A stretch of 64,000 nt of DNA from Octopus bimaculoides (Eukaryota): positions 85,915,764 to 85,979,763 of the forward strand of contig NC_068982.1 of the NCBI RefSeq assembly GCF_001194135.2, given 5' to 3'. How positions within the stretch are numbered: position 1 is the stretch's first letter; each line of letters begins with the position of its first letter. The notes below the pieces were generated by a model that was not told the origin of the DNA, did not search any database, and worked only from the letters and a program-made list of their open reading frames with translations. Below, piece after piece: positions 1-12,932 of the stretch. The position numbers were made by a program, and so were the translations under genes.

Positions 1-1009
1 TGACAATCTAAGTGATATGTTCCTCACTAAATTTCTGGTTACCGTTCTAGGATGATTGCTAAACTGGCTAATATACTTAAGATTAGTGGAGGGTTTATGG
101 TAAGGGAAGTAAGTATTGGTGTATAGGTCTAGAGTAACATCAAGGAAATTGGCTATGGAGATTTCATCCTCAAAGATGATACCAAAACCCATTCTACGGA
201 AAAACCTGACTAATCTATTCTTAATTTTTTGTAGTTGTTGGTTTGTGGCATTTTGGAGATAGAGCAAACAATCATCTCGGTATAGACCTCACCTATGTGC
301 AGACCAAGTCCGCTATCTGTGCTGAGTCAGAACTTCCCATAGGCACGTCAAAATCATCAGGAGTATCCTTGCGTGTCCAGAGTTTATTGTTAAATTTAAT
401 TATAGATTTCCTAGCTGCTAAAACAACATCAATCTCTTCTCTAGAAAGACCTGCCTTATTATGAGCAAACCAGAGTGCCTTATTGAGTATAATGAGGTTA
501 ATAGATGAATAGAAGTTGGAGATATCTAACTGGATAAATTTGGTGTTATGCTTATCATTAATGTTACTAAACCAATCTACTACCTGAGATGAATTGGACC
601 ATAAACTAAGTTTTAATCTTTTCACTAAAGTAGGTATATATTTGTCTAGTATGTTTTTGCTAAGAACACCTATGTCTGATTTAGATGGGCAGATAAGACG
701 TAATTTGGAGCTACTCCAAAAGTTTTTCTTGTGGTCCTTTAAAACAAAACGGGGTTGCTTGGTGTCCAAAGGTTCAGTCCTCTTTTGTAAGTTATATTTA
801 TCCATAATTTGTTTGACTTCCAGGTTAGCTTTCCTAAGTACCGCTTTACTTGTAATTCGATAATTCTTTTCTATTTCTTTTTTGAGCAATTTCATGTAGT
901 AATCCCTAGATAGTTTGTACAGGTTTCCCGTTTTGTCAGACTGAACTAGTATACCATCAATGCTATTAATTTCTTTAGTAATGTTGTTGAGGTATACATC
1001 TCCCTTCAA
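1..1009 (-). mobile_element. Penelope-like retroelement (Naiad-type) reverse transcriptase fragment, decayed
   Basis: ORF 293-1009 has PLE RT motifs QSDKTGNLY, LKDHK, LRLICPSKSDIG, QLDISNFYSSI and VPMGSSDSAQIADLV. After a frameshift it continues with GLYRDD (271-288), NFLDVTLDL..YFPYHKP and SNHP, and it runs off the window start. The clade call rests on recalled motifs. Confidence 0.85.
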
Positions 1010-2626
1010 AAAAATATATAAATATATTTTTTTCCCTACTTTATTACGTATAACATACTGCTCTACACAAAATAGATCCCTTTACTTTATTTTATTCATT
1101 AGTATATCCTTGCATCAACACCTATGGAGTGTGGATATCAAAGTAAATTTTGGTACAAATATTAACTTAATTCAAACAAGTAATTTTTTAACTCCATTAA
1201 TTCTTTAACTTTCCCCTTCTCATCTCCATTTCACTTATTAACACACACACTCTCTCTCTTTAGATCAACAGAGCATTCATCACCTTTATATATTGTTAAA
1301 CACTTGATCTCTTACTAGTGCACACTAGCATCATTTTCCTATATAAATAACATTACCATTACCTTTATTACCATACGTTTATCATGTGTGTATATATATA
1401 TATATATATGTTAACACTAAAAGTATAAATACACGATTATTTTCTTTTTACATTTCCATTACACATAAAATACTTTTCTCTCCATTTTAATCTGGTTTAA
1501 AATCATTCTATTTACTTTCCACTTCAGATTCTAATTTTCTCTTTTTTCCTCCTTTTCTTCCTTCCTCGTCCAATGTACTGTCTCGTAGCGTTGCATTTTC
1601 CAACGGTTTTTTCACATAAGCTATGTAGCATTCTTCTCTACTTGCAGTTGTCACATTCGGTAATAATGTCTTGTGGTTGAATTGATTTTTATGTATTTCT
1701 TTGAAGAGAAGTTGACATCTTTCTCAACAACACTCATTTCTTTGGAATGAACCAATTGTAATCATCTAAACATATGTTGAAAATAAAGAAATCATTTAAC
1801 ACATGCGTATAACTCCATTTATTTAATCTTATATATATATATATATATNNNNNNNNNNNNNNNNNNNNNNNNNNNNNNNNNNNNNNNNNNNNNNNNNNNN
1901 NNNNNNNNNNNNNNNNNNNNNNNNNNNNNNNNNNNNNNNNNNNNNNNNNNNNNNNNNNNNNNNNNNNNNNNNNNNNNNNNNNNNNNNNNNNNNNNNNNNN
2001 NNNNNNNNNNNNNNNNNNNNNNNNNNNNNNNNNNNNNNNNNNNNNNNNNNNNNNNNNNNNNNNNNNNNNNNNNNNNNNNNNNNNNNNNNNNNNNNNNNNN
2101 NNNNNNNNNNNNNNNNNNNNNNNNNNNNNNNNNNNNNNNNNNNNNNNNNNNNNNNNNNNNNNNNNNNNNNNNNNNNNNNNNNNNNNNNNNNNNNNNNNNN
2201 NNNNNNNNNNNNNNNNNNNNNNNNNNNNNNNNNNNNNNNNNNNNNNNNNNNNNNNNNNNNNNNNNNNNNNNNNNNNNNNNNNNNNNNNNNNNNNNNNNNN
2301 NNNNNNNNNNNNNNNNNNNNNNNNNNNNNNNNNNNNNNNNNNNNNNNNNNNNNNNNNNNNNNNNNNNNNNNNNNNNNNNNNNNNNNNNNNNNNNNNNNNN
2401 NNNNNNNNNNNNNNNNNNNNNNNNNNNNNNNNNNNNNNNNNNNNNNNNNNNNNNNNNNNNNNNNNNNNNNNNNNNNNNNNNNNNNNNNNNNNNNNNNNNN
2501 NNNNNNNNNNNNNNNNNNNNNNNNNNNNNNNNNNNNNNNNNNNNNNNNNNNNNNNNNNNNNNNNNNNNNNNNNNNNNNNNNNNNNNNNNNNNNNNNNNNN
2601 NNNNNNNNNNNNNNNNNNNNNNNNNN

Positions 2627-2837
2627 GGGATCAGCAACAGTTGCTTCACCACATACCGAAGTTCAGAAATAGCAGCTAAAGGGCTAAAGCTCCAACAGAT
2701 AGCAGTACTTGTAACTCACAAAGGCAAAACAAGAAGAAAAACTTGTGAGTTACAAGTACTGCTATCTGTTGGAGCTTTAGCACTTTAGCTGCTATTTCTG
2801 AACTTCGGTATGTGGTGAAGCAACTGTTGCTGATCCC
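2627..2837. repeat. Foldback/hairpin, about 95-bp arms with a 21-nt loop
   Basis: 2627-2721 is the reverse complement of 2743-2837 with one visible mismatch. The left end abuts an N gap. Confidence 0.9.
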
Positions 2838-2854
2838 TTAACTATGTTTATATA

Positions 2855-2890
<36 letters not shown>

Positions 2891-3164
2891 GGGGGTGTGT
2901 ACAAAAATATAATTATAAACTGATATGTAATGTTGCTTTTATTTGTTTTTAACAGAGTACAGAACTGGCTAAAATTTCTATGGAATAATACTTGATTGGA
3001 TGCAATAAATCACATTCATTCAGATCATTAAATATTATAAAAGCACCCTAACTTGGGTGAAAGTATACACAAAGGCAGTTAATAATGATACATAAAGTTT
3101 GAAATGAAAAAAATTTAAATAAACTTACCCATCTATTTATCTATGCATGCACATACACACAACA

Positions 3165-3500
3165 TTTGGTTGAATGGTTAAGGAGTTTGATTCACAACCA
3201 CGAGGTCCTATGTTCAATCCCACTGTATGGTTTCTTGAGCAAATGTCATCTTCTATAGCTTTGCATAGACATACAATGTATCTATGCAAAGCTATAAAAG
3301 TAGATAAAAACTGGAAAGAAGCATGTTGGGTGAATTGTACTCCATCTCAAAAGGTACAGCCTTGTCACATACACACTGTCATATGTGTCGGTGAAAAGCT
3401 CAACCACTTACATGTTAATTCAGGAATAGGTAATTCTGTTCCTCAAATAACTGAATCCTCATCAGCAAATGAGAGATCCATCATCACCGTCACCGTCACT
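3165..3500 (+). mobile_element. Old tRNA-derived SINE
   Basis: Degenerate A/B-box head (TGGTTAAGG...GTTCAATCCC) followed by a body resembling the other SINE copies. Confidence 0.55.
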
Positions 3501-3957
3501 ACACACACACACTACTAAAGCAAATGTGTGACTGTGTGGTTAACAAGTTTGTTTTGCTACATGTGATTTTGGATTCTTTCCTATTACATGGCAACATAAA
3601 GAAGTGTCTTGTGTCTGTCAACGACTCTAACTCTTCGATGAGGAATGGAGACTAAACCATATACACATGTACATAAATTTTAAAATTTAAGAAACATGAC
3701 ATATTAGGTTTATTAATAATGAGGTATATTGATTAAGAGAGACACATATGTGAAGTGACGAAACAGAAACTGAAAATAAATTTAAACAGACCATCAAATC
3801 TTCATCAATGTTGTGATATGGTATAAAGAGACTTTAGTGCTGAATTTCTCCGAATGGCTTCATTTGATGTCATCCTTATAAGCCTTAACATTCTTAAATC
3901 TGATTACTACTTTTAAGTTATTTTTGGTCATTACTACATGTAAATTTTACAATCCAT

Positions 3958-4003
3958 TCACACAGCTTGCATTATCAATTCACACATGTTCCTATCACCA
4001 TTC
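3958..4003 (-). CDS. Candidate terminal coding exon of the unidentified host gene (NGDRNMCELIMQAV*)
   Basis: Acceptor ttaatctttacag|G. Phase 2 is compatible with exon 7921-8004. The sequence is short and could be a chance match. Confidence 0.25.
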
Positions 4004-4203
4004 CTGTAAAGATTAACTGTTATCTTTCTGACATACTCATTTCTTCAGAATCATTTATCACCTTTTCTTGTAAATTAAACATTACACATCCAAAACAAAA
4101 TATTCTGTTTACTAATTTTCAGATGCTGCAAATTGTTTGTTTTGCTACATGTGTTTTGCTACATATTTCTCTATCTGCATGATTTTTTTTATTGACTGTA
4201 TTC

Positions 4204-4529
4204 TTTTATCTGTTTCAGTCATTTGACCGAGGCCATGCTGGAGCACCACCTTTAGTCGAACAAATCAACCCCAGGACTTATTCTTTGTAAGCCTAGTACT
4301 TATTCTATCGGTCTCGCTAAGTTACAAAGACGTAAACACACCAACATCAATTGTCAAGTGATAGTGGGGGACAACACGATGGGCTTCTTTCAGTTTCCAT
4401 CTCCCAAATCCACTCACAAGGCTTTGGTTGGCCCGAGGCTATAGTAGAAGACACTTGTCCAAGGGACTGAACCTGGAACCATGTGGTTAGTAAGCAAGCT
4501 ACTTACCACACAGCCACTCCTGTGCCTAT
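4204..4529 (-). mobile_element. tRNA-derived SINE, near full length
   Basis: Head GGAGTGGCTGTGTGGTAAG..GGTTCAGTCCC, body AAGCCTTGTGAGTGGATTTGG and tail AAGAATAAGTCCTGGGG..GACTGAAAC. The same blocks recur at 40320, 52087 and 62150. Confidence 0.9.
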
Positions 4530-4828
4530 GGTATCTTTTTTGAAATATATATGACAAATAGTGATTCATGGTGTTTTTCATTCATCTCTATCACATCAGA
4601 TTCTCAAGTTATACAGAAATATTACTTTTTTTTCTTTTTGTATACATTATCATAAATGATAAAGTATATTACCAATGAAAATGCTTACCTTATATTAACT
4701 TAAATATTAAATCTAATTCATTTTTCCTTATTTTCAGATTGTGAATATATCTAGAAGCTGCATAAATTCACCCCTTCAGATTCCTTGAGTAATATTATTC
4801 CTTTGTTGAAGAGCTGTCATTTAGCTTA

Positions 4829-5030
4829 CTGTAAAAACTCATGTAATTTGCACACCTGTGTAATTTACGCAGGTGATATTCAGAATAAAAATTGTTAAAA
4901 AAAGCTTCTACTCATTTTGAAATTTGCACCCAAAAGTTTTCAGAATTGCCAATATGGCCAGGGGAAAAAGGTTTTCAATTTAGTTGTATTTAACATAATT
5001 TCATTAGATTTTATTATATTTTCATTAAAA
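4829..5030. mobile_element. Possible pogo-like DNA transposon terminus
   Basis: TA|CTGTAAAAACTCATGTAATTTGCACACC loosely resembles the TA|CCGTAAATCCTCG end at 43928. Confidence 0.3.
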
Positions 5031-5499
5031 CAGGTATCACATTAAAAGCTATTAAATTACAAAGTGTTTGTGTTGTCTATATAGATAAAATCAGTTTTGT
5101 GGGACTGACATGTGTCCGTCTGTTTTACTTGCTCAGTATACTCTCCTTCTCCTCCCTTACAAGACTAACAATGTCAGTTGCTTTAGCCACTCGGTATACC
5201 CTCCTTCTCCTTTGATGTTAGTGTTCCAATAATAAAAATAAATAAATGAAAAGTATGATGCTGATTGTGTGTGTGTTTGCATGCATATAACTGTATGAGA
5301 CTGTGTGTTTTAGTGTGTTTGTGTGTGTAGGCGTAACTGTATGAAATTGTGTATTTGTATGTATACATAACTGTATGAGACTGTGTGTTTGTGTGTGCAT
5401 GCACGTACCTGTATGAAATTGTGTGTCCTCATGTAACCGGAAATAACCAAAGTATTATTTTACAAATTGTGAGCATGTATATATGATATAATGAAGGAA

Positions 5500-5770
5500 A
5501 TTGTTGTATACAGTGCTCAGGTGCACTACAACTAAAACAAAAGAAAAAAAACGCCATCAGGTGTACTGTTGGCGGATTTCAAGAAGCATAGAAGTTTTGA
5601 AGGATGTAGTATCTCGATAGCTAACAACAGATGCGGGTAGTTTATTCCATGCTTCAGCAATTCTGAGCATGAAAAAATGTTTCTGAAAGTCATGGGTGCT
5701 GTGTTGTTTTTTGATTTTATAAGCATGTCCATAAGTGTTTATCATATGAAATTCAAAAAAGTGCCCAAGG
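5500..5770 (-). mobile_element. CR1/L2-type LINE 3' fragment
   Basis: Translates to GHAYKIKKQ..KHFFMLRIAEAWNKLPASVV..SFK, the typical CR1-group ORF2 C-terminus. Confidence 0.75.
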
Positions 5771-5839
5771 TTGTTGTTGGAAAGATTGTGGATAATCTTC
5801 TTTATAATAAACTTTATTTTACATTTCTTGCCCACAAGA

Positions 5840-7684
5840 GATTATGTCCGATCTCTAACATATAGCTGTATGTCTTCTCTAACCACAATCANNNNNNNNN
5901 NAACATATAGCTGTATGTCTTCTCTAACCACAATCACAGGAGAAGTTGTTGATAAGATTTATCAACCAAAAAACAAAGCTGATAGATATGCACGTGTTGC
6001 GAATTAAGTTTAATTACCAATAATGACACTTTTCATATGAGTAAAATATGTAAAATATGGCCTGGGCCGTGATTACCAGCATGTACGTGAGACTTCAAAA
6101 AGTAGTTAACCATTTAATGGTTTTAGTAAATTTATACAGAAAAGGTAAGCATTATACCGTCCAGCATGAATAAAAGTCAACTTCATTATATCTAAGCCTT
6201 TATTTTTTCTGAAAAGAAACCTATTCTGACATTAATGGAGTCAACTTCCAGTATGAATGTTTATGTTTTGTACGCCATTTTACAAAAGAAAGTGCACGGA
6301 TACTTGACTCTAGACTGAAGGCCCCTATCTCCTAGAACAACATTTGCTTGGTACTGCCATCATGAAGCAGAATTCACTCAGTTCTTTGAGAAATAGAATT
6401 ATTTAGTTTTCTGTTCAAATATTTCTGGCCTTATTGAAAACATGGGGATGTCATACAAAGTAGATGAAAGGGGGCTCTTCATTGATCCTTCTAACAGAAA
6501 TTTTAAGGCTGTTCTTCTCTACAATGGTAATACAGCTGCATCTGTACCAACTGGTCATTGTGTCCAAATATCAGAAACTTGTGAAAATGTGAAGACACTA
6601 ATAACTGTCATCAAGTACCATATTCACAATTTTCTCATTTGTGGTGATTTAAAAGTTATTTCTCTCCTACTAGGTCTTCAAGGGGGATACACCAAGTATC
6701 CCTGTTTCCTTTATCTTTGGGATACTAGAGCAGACATCCTGAACTATGAACAAAAAGACAGACCACCAAGAACCAGCTTCTAACCTGGAAATCACAACAT
6801 GAAAGCTGTGCCACTAATTGATCCCAAGAAAATTCTGCTGTCACCACTCCACATCAAATTAGGGCTTAGAAAAAATTTTGTGAAGGCCCTGAACAAAAAT
6901 GGAGCTGCTTTCAAGTACCTGGAGTCAAATTTCCTCATATAAGAGGAGGCAAGCTAAAGGCAGGAATCTTTGCTGGCCCTCAGATTTGGGAATTGATGAA
7001 AGACAAGCATTTTGAGGAAGCATTAGCAAATGTCAAGGTGAATGCCTGTTTTCCTTCAAGCAGATTGTTCAAAACTTCTTGAGAAACAGCTGCACCCCAG
7101 AATTAAAAAAAAATGATCCTAGACCTGATTTGAAGTTTCCAACAACTTGGGTCTAGAATGAGCATCAAGATGCACTTTTTGCACACATCTTGACTATTTT
7201 CCCAAGAATTGTGGGGACTCCAATGAGAAACAAAGAGAGCAGAAACTCAATAGTAGGGCAAATAGAATATTAGCATGATGGCAGATTACTGCTGGTCATT
7301 GAAACATGATGGTTCAGATGCACAGCACAAGCAGAATTCAAAGAGGGCCTCCTTCTTTTGAATCAATATGTAAGCTAACCATTATTAGGATATTTTTTAA
7401 ACATTCATTTGATTTGATGTTAATTCAGGATTCATTTCATGTTGGTTGGAATACACATGTTCTTAAAACTAACAATATGCTTTTCTATGATTACTTGCTT
7501 CATTTTAATAAAGTAACAATATATTAAAAATTCACATTTTTTATTATCATTAATTTATATTTTATTGAAAATCCTTATGTGATAGCGCAAAATGGTTTAG
7601 ATATTTAAAATCAGCAACCTAAGAATATGTAAGATCACATCCATGAATAAAATTTTTTTTTAAATTCCCAAATGCAGACCAGTG
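5840..7684 (+). mobile_element. Chapaev-like (CMC) DNA transposon relic, pseudogenised transposase
   Basis: Motifs LFIDPSNRNFKAVLLYNGN, ICGDLKVISLLLGLQGGYTKYPCF, PLHIKLGL, GIFAGPQI, MSIKMHFLH and MMADYCW. Ends CAGTG (7680-7684) followed by TAA. The superfamily call is from recalled motifs and termini. Confidence 0.7.
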
Positions 7685-7920
7685 TAATCACCCTTCTTAT
7701 AATGCTTAAATGAACACAAAGAGCCCTTTCCTTTAAGTAGAAGGAACAGTTTCACTATCTAGTTGTCTAGATAATAGAACTTAACTTATATTTCAAATGA
7801 GCTATTTCAGGAGACCATAGTAGCTAGTTGTTAGAAAAGTCAATCACATAAAATTATAACTGTAAATCAATTCACTATCATTAGGATACCTTAGATAAAA
7901 TTCAGAAATTAAAAACTCAC

Positions 7921-8004
7921 CCAACTTGAAAATCATTTTCTTCTTTTTCCTCTTTTGTTTCATCCAAAGTTTGCTCTAAAGAGTGGTCTCTATGAGTTAT
8001 TTCT
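7921..8004 (-). CDS. Internal coding exon, 84 nt, phase 2-2 (EITHRDHSLEQTLDETKEEKEENDFQV)
   Basis: Acceptor ttttaatag|A, donor TGG|gtgagt, open frame. Joins in phase with exon 9750-9868. Confidence 0.6.
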
Positions 8005-8689
8005 CTATTAAAACATAAATATTAAAGGTACAAATAAAATTACCAAACCTAATTGAGTTGCAATAAAAAATAGCAAAGCAGGAACAGTTTTAACTAAATT
8101 ATTGTAGGGGAGTGATGTAACTTATTGAATCAGTTTGTTCTCAGTATATTAGCACTGCCAGTGCATTAATTCCTGAGAGAATAAAGGTGAGTGTATCTTT
8201 CCTTGGATCATGACATAGAAGTAAGTCTTCAATGTACTATATATAGCAACAATTTTCGGAGATGATTTATGTGTGTTTATTGAATTGACTGTAATAGAGT
8301 GTTACATTTAAATTAGATTGCTCAACTTGAGGTTTTGCTACATATTTTGTGCATGTATTGACTGAGTATTATCAGCATCCTTCCTTTCCTTTCTAACAGA
8401 GTGTTCTTGACTGTTTTCTGGTGACTATGAATATTTTAGACTACAAAAAGCAAAGAAGAAACAAAGGCATGAATTTAAAAAATTCTCCCCACTTTTAACA
8501 GTACATTTCTTATAAACTGTCCCAAAAGTTGACTATCTCTGTCTAAGAATTTTAGAAAGAAGCAATGTACGTGTGTGTGAGAGAGAGAGAGAGAATATAT
8601 GTGTGTATATGCTTGTGCATGTGCATACATATGTGCATGTATATGTATGAAAGATGTTCCACTGGATAAGGTTTTCAATTCCTAGCTTG

Positions 8690-9150
8690 TAGACCATAAG
8701 ATAGATAACAGATGTCTGAGAATGCAACAGCTGTGGTGCAACAGCTTATTTCAGGTTAAAACTCATCAACTATAGGGTAATTACTGCATTTGTATTGCAA
8801 AAGTTCAAAAACACTGAGAGAACTCTGACCCACAAGCAAAATAATCAGAGATGAAAGTTTTTAAAATGCTCAGAACAGGAATGATTTAAAAAAATGAAAT
8901 GGTCACTGTTGGAGTGCTTTTAAAAGCAAACAGGATAGCAACAGCTGAAATGTTTTTAATACAGATGGGATGGTCCAGGGAAAACATTTTCAAAGAATGG
9001 ATGTTTCATGACCGAGATGCTTTTAAAAAATTAGATGGCCATAGTTGAAATGTTTCAAAAAGACAGGATTTTCATGGGACACTTTTAAAATGTCTGCAAT
9101 ATCACAGCAGGAACAGCTTTGCTAAAAATAATTTGGAAACATTTTCTGAT
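8690..9150. repeat. Degenerate periodic repeat
   Basis: Recurrent ACAGCTG/GAAATGTTT/TTTTAAAA blocks at roughly 50-70 bp spacing. Confidence 0.4.
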
Positions 9151-9749
9151 TCCAGATTAGACTGCAAATGATGCATATTAATGCACAATCAATCAGAGAG
9201 TGCTTTTATTTTTTTTAATTTCAATTTCAGACAGTAAAATCTAGGATCTCCATGTGCGTGTGTGTGTGTGTGTGTGTGTGCGCACGCGCATGCACATGTG
9301 TGTTAATTTTAATGAATGAGAGATAAAGTCATCATTAAAATTGCCTGTGACTCTTGAGTTTCTGTGCAGACAAACATAACAGAGGTATACAAGATATCAG
9401 AGGAATAAATGCTTCCAACTGATTAAGATCTTACAGTAATAATTAACAGTGTATGAAATCTAGCATTATGCAGTAAAAAGTGGTGGATCATAAATGATGG
9501 GTAGATTTTGATTAAGGGGAGATTAATAAAGTAAATAAATTTAGTAAGCACTTGCACATATACATATAGTTTGTGGGTCTACAAACAAAAGAAAAGAGCA
9601 CTCAATACATATAGAAGTACATGTCTAATGGTCCAAACATAGGATCAATTGATATGCACTTTGTGCCTATGAAACTCTAAATAGAGGTCATCTGTCTCAC
9701 ACACACACATACACATCAATTATTCAACAAAATGTAGAGAAACATTTAC

Positions 9750-9868
9750 TTGTCATTTGAATCCTCGTAAGGGTCTTGATCTTTTTCAAATGAGTTAACA
9801 CGTCTTAATAGTTTACCAGCTGGTAATGTTGACCTTCGGTGATACACTTCTTGTTTATTCATGATGCC
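9750..9868 (-). CDS. Internal coding exon, 119 nt, phase 0-2 (GIMNKQEVYHRRSTLPAGKLLRRVNSFEKDQDPYEDSND)
   Basis: Acceptor ctttgttacag|G, donor CAA|gtaaat, open frame, non-repetitive sequence. Confidence 0.65.
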
Positions 9869-10239
9869 CTGTAACAAAGCAGGGTGGTAATTAATAGACA
9901 CAAAATAATTACAATCACATATCTGTCCATTCAATGATTTCTTTCAACAGACATTAAATTTGAGTATTGACACAGCAAAGTTTTAAAGCTTAACTTAAAA
10001 ATGTGTGTGCGTGTGTGTCTGTGTGCATTTTTATATGTGTTCTTAGAAAAAGAATTAAATTCAAGAACACAGAAAGACAAGTACAGATGTATATATGTAC
10101 ACAAGAATAAATCACAAATTTTTTGCTGCTTTTTATTTATTGACTACAGAAGAAAGGCTATTGCAGAATCTCTAAGACCATTAATGTTCCATTTAAACTG
10201 TTCTAGGTCAACAGCTGCAGGAAATATATGAGTAGGAAT

Positions 10240-10960
10240 ATCTCAGAGAGGTGAGGTTCTGAAAAGAGGTGTGGCCTGGTGGGGTTGCTTGAGTGGTGGG
10301 AATATGAGATCAGCCAGCTTTAAGAGACAGATGTAAATAGATGTAAATAGAAAAGGTAGAGAAAAGAGGTAGCTTGCTTGTGGGTCAGAGGCTGGAGCTT
10401 GACCATAACTGACTAACTACCAATTAGTCAAATCCCTTTTTTGATTGTGGTCTAGGATATTGGTATGTGAAGCAGTAGAACCATCCCAGATATTGGAAAA
10501 GTAATCCATTATGAACTTTACTGGAGCCTTGTGGAATGTTAGGGGCTGAAATATTTTCTGATCCTGAAGAGAAAAGCCAATCATTGGAATGCAGATCAAG
10601 CTATATCAGGAATGTGTTTTTGCCAGGAGAGATCCTTGGTGAAAGTAAGTTTCAAAATTTTAAGTAATTGTGAAGGTTCTAGCTGAGTGTTTGATGTGGG
10701 TGTAGTGTGATGCTTTTTCCTGATAAGAGTCGTGCTTGAGTTTTTCTTTCTTTTATACACTCATATTAAGTGAACAGAAGGATTTAAGCAAAGTAGTGAT
10801 GATCTGTATTGACAATTAGTGAGAATAAACAGTTCAGAAGCAGAAGAAATTGGTTTGCTATGAGCAAAAGGAAATATATGGAGTATCAAAGAATGATTGT
10901 TGCTATTGTGTAGCCCTGAGCCAAATCTTTTCCACCAAATATTAAGCATGTACTGAGTGC
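10240..10960 (-). mobile_element. Heavily decayed LINE (L2/CR1/Jockey-like) RT C-terminal region
   Basis: APVKFIMDYFSNIWDGSTASHTNILDHNQKR resembles the post-RT motif YKA.VRP.MEY.S.IW...LD.IQKR. Confidence 0.5.
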
Positions 10961-11549
10961 AGTGTGACAAATTGAACATCATGTAATTCCTTTATTCTCC
11001 ATTACATGAACAACATGTAATCTCTTTACTGCCATATAAATACAAATCCATGAAGAAACTGAAAGATCCAAAATACTAATTAAAATGTTAAGATTTGTTC
11101 ACTCAAGGCGAAATGTATAATGGACATAAACAAATATACATACAGAGACCAATTTTTGAAAATATATATTCTAAATTGAAAAACTACTAAACTACAATTT
11201 AACAGGAATTAGAAAGAAAAAAGACAATAAAATTTAGCCTTTTACAAGCATAATACACCCACACATATGTACTAGAACCTATATAACAATAGCATACAAA
11301 CAAGCATAGATACAAATTTACAGATATGCAAACACTGAATTACACACACACACACACACACACACACAATCATGCTTTGTTAGATGCATAGGTAAAGTAA
11401 AATCAATTTAAAATAATGACTGATTGACTGAATACTTTTCAAAAGAAATTTAGGTAATGTGAATTTTAAACATTGACTAATTTATAAATACAAGTGTTTA
11501 GTAAGTAAAATGTTTGTGGCATGCAAACAAAATGGGTTATGGTATGATT

Positions 11550-11670
11550 GCATAGTTAAGAAGGTTATTTTACAACCATATAGTTCCAGGTTTGATTACA
11601 CTGTATGGTATCTTGAGTGTCTTTTGCCATAGCCTCAGTTTAATTCAAAATTTATGAGAACAAGACATTT
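11550..11670 (+). mobile_element. Degenerate SINE head
   Basis: TAGTTAAGAAG..CAACCATATAGTTCCAGGTTTGATTAC matches the SINE head layout. Confidence 0.45.
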
Positions 11671-11881
11671 GTACTCAGAGCCAGAGCCAGTTTCAGTCGG
11701 ATTGGTAACAAAAGGGTTAAGTAAATTTTCATCATACTATTTCTCTCATCATACACTCTTCATCATTTTCTCTTGTGTCATACTATATATTCTATATGTT
11801 TTGTAGAATGATACATTAGGGAGCTATTTTATGAGTACTGCCTAGGTACATATATCTATATATATATATAAAAATAAAGGA

Positions 11882-12812
11882 TGTCCCGTTTTCTGGGTTA
11901 AAATTTTTTGAGACTGCACCATTATCTAGTGTGGTGCCAGTGGATGAAAAAATGAGGTATACAAAGTGACTGGGCTCTAAAACCATTTTTGTAGTTACAG
12001 AAGCCTCCTTGAAGTTGAAAAAATGGTCAAAATTGGCCATTTTTATTGTGCTTGTGTAATGTCAAGTTGAAAGGTATGTTTAATATTTGTTTCATAAGCC
12101 TCATGTGGATCTAATTAGGCTAAAAAATTATAGTGCAAGTGCATAGTTTATTTTTAATGATTTTATGACAAGCATAGTTGGCAAAAAATTTTTTATCATA
12201 AATCAACAAAAACCTTCCAAGATACATTTCTTAAAGTATTATAATACAAGTTTATACTATAAAAAGAATTCTCAGTATATACCTATTCAGCTGATTTTTA
12301 ACAGGAAATATTATGACTAGATGTTCTTTGTTCACTTAGCACTTAAGCATGGGAAACCCTATTGAAATATTAGAAATACATTTAACTGCCATTCCAAACT
12401 GCCCAGAAGGCTGCAGTTTAGGCTTCTAACCTTTCTGTTCATGTGGAGGGTTCTCTTGTTCTCTCCTATACATAGTTGTTCAACATCTAGTAGATCTTAA
12501 GATTATTAATCAACTGTGTAACTTTGTGTTTGTTATCAAGTCATTAGAAATGAGTTTTATACTTGTACCATAATTTTCTAGCATAATTTAGATCTGCATA
12601 AGACTTATGAAACAAACATTAAACAGATACTTTCAATTTGACACTGCACAAGTGCAATAAAAATGGCCAACTTTTCAACTTCAGGAGGTTTGTGTAGCCA
12701 CAGAAATGGTTTTAGAGCCCTGTCACTTTGCATACCTCATTTTTTCATCCACTGGCACCACACAAGACATGGGGCAGTCAGAAAAAATTTTGAACCTAAA
12801 AACAGGACACTG
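11882..12812. mobile_element. Non-autonomous Tc1/mariner-like element with about 230-bp imperfect TIRs
   Basis: 11882-12115 is the diverged reverse complement of about 12588-12812. The right end reads CACTG|TA (CAGTG terminus plus TA). Confidence 0.7.
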
Positions 12813-12814
12813 TA

Positions 12815-12932
<118 letters not shown>

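Noticed and set aside
4790-4826. Terminal exon GKLNDSSSTKE* after tttttacag
   Set aside because: The acceptor coincides with a probable transposon end (TA|CTGTAAAAA), so it is likely fortuitous.
5863-5935. Apparent tandem duplication across a 10-N gap (also 33667-33775 and 41341-41490)
   Set aside because: Near-identical sequence on either side of a 10-N spacer is typical of unmerged overlapping contig ends.
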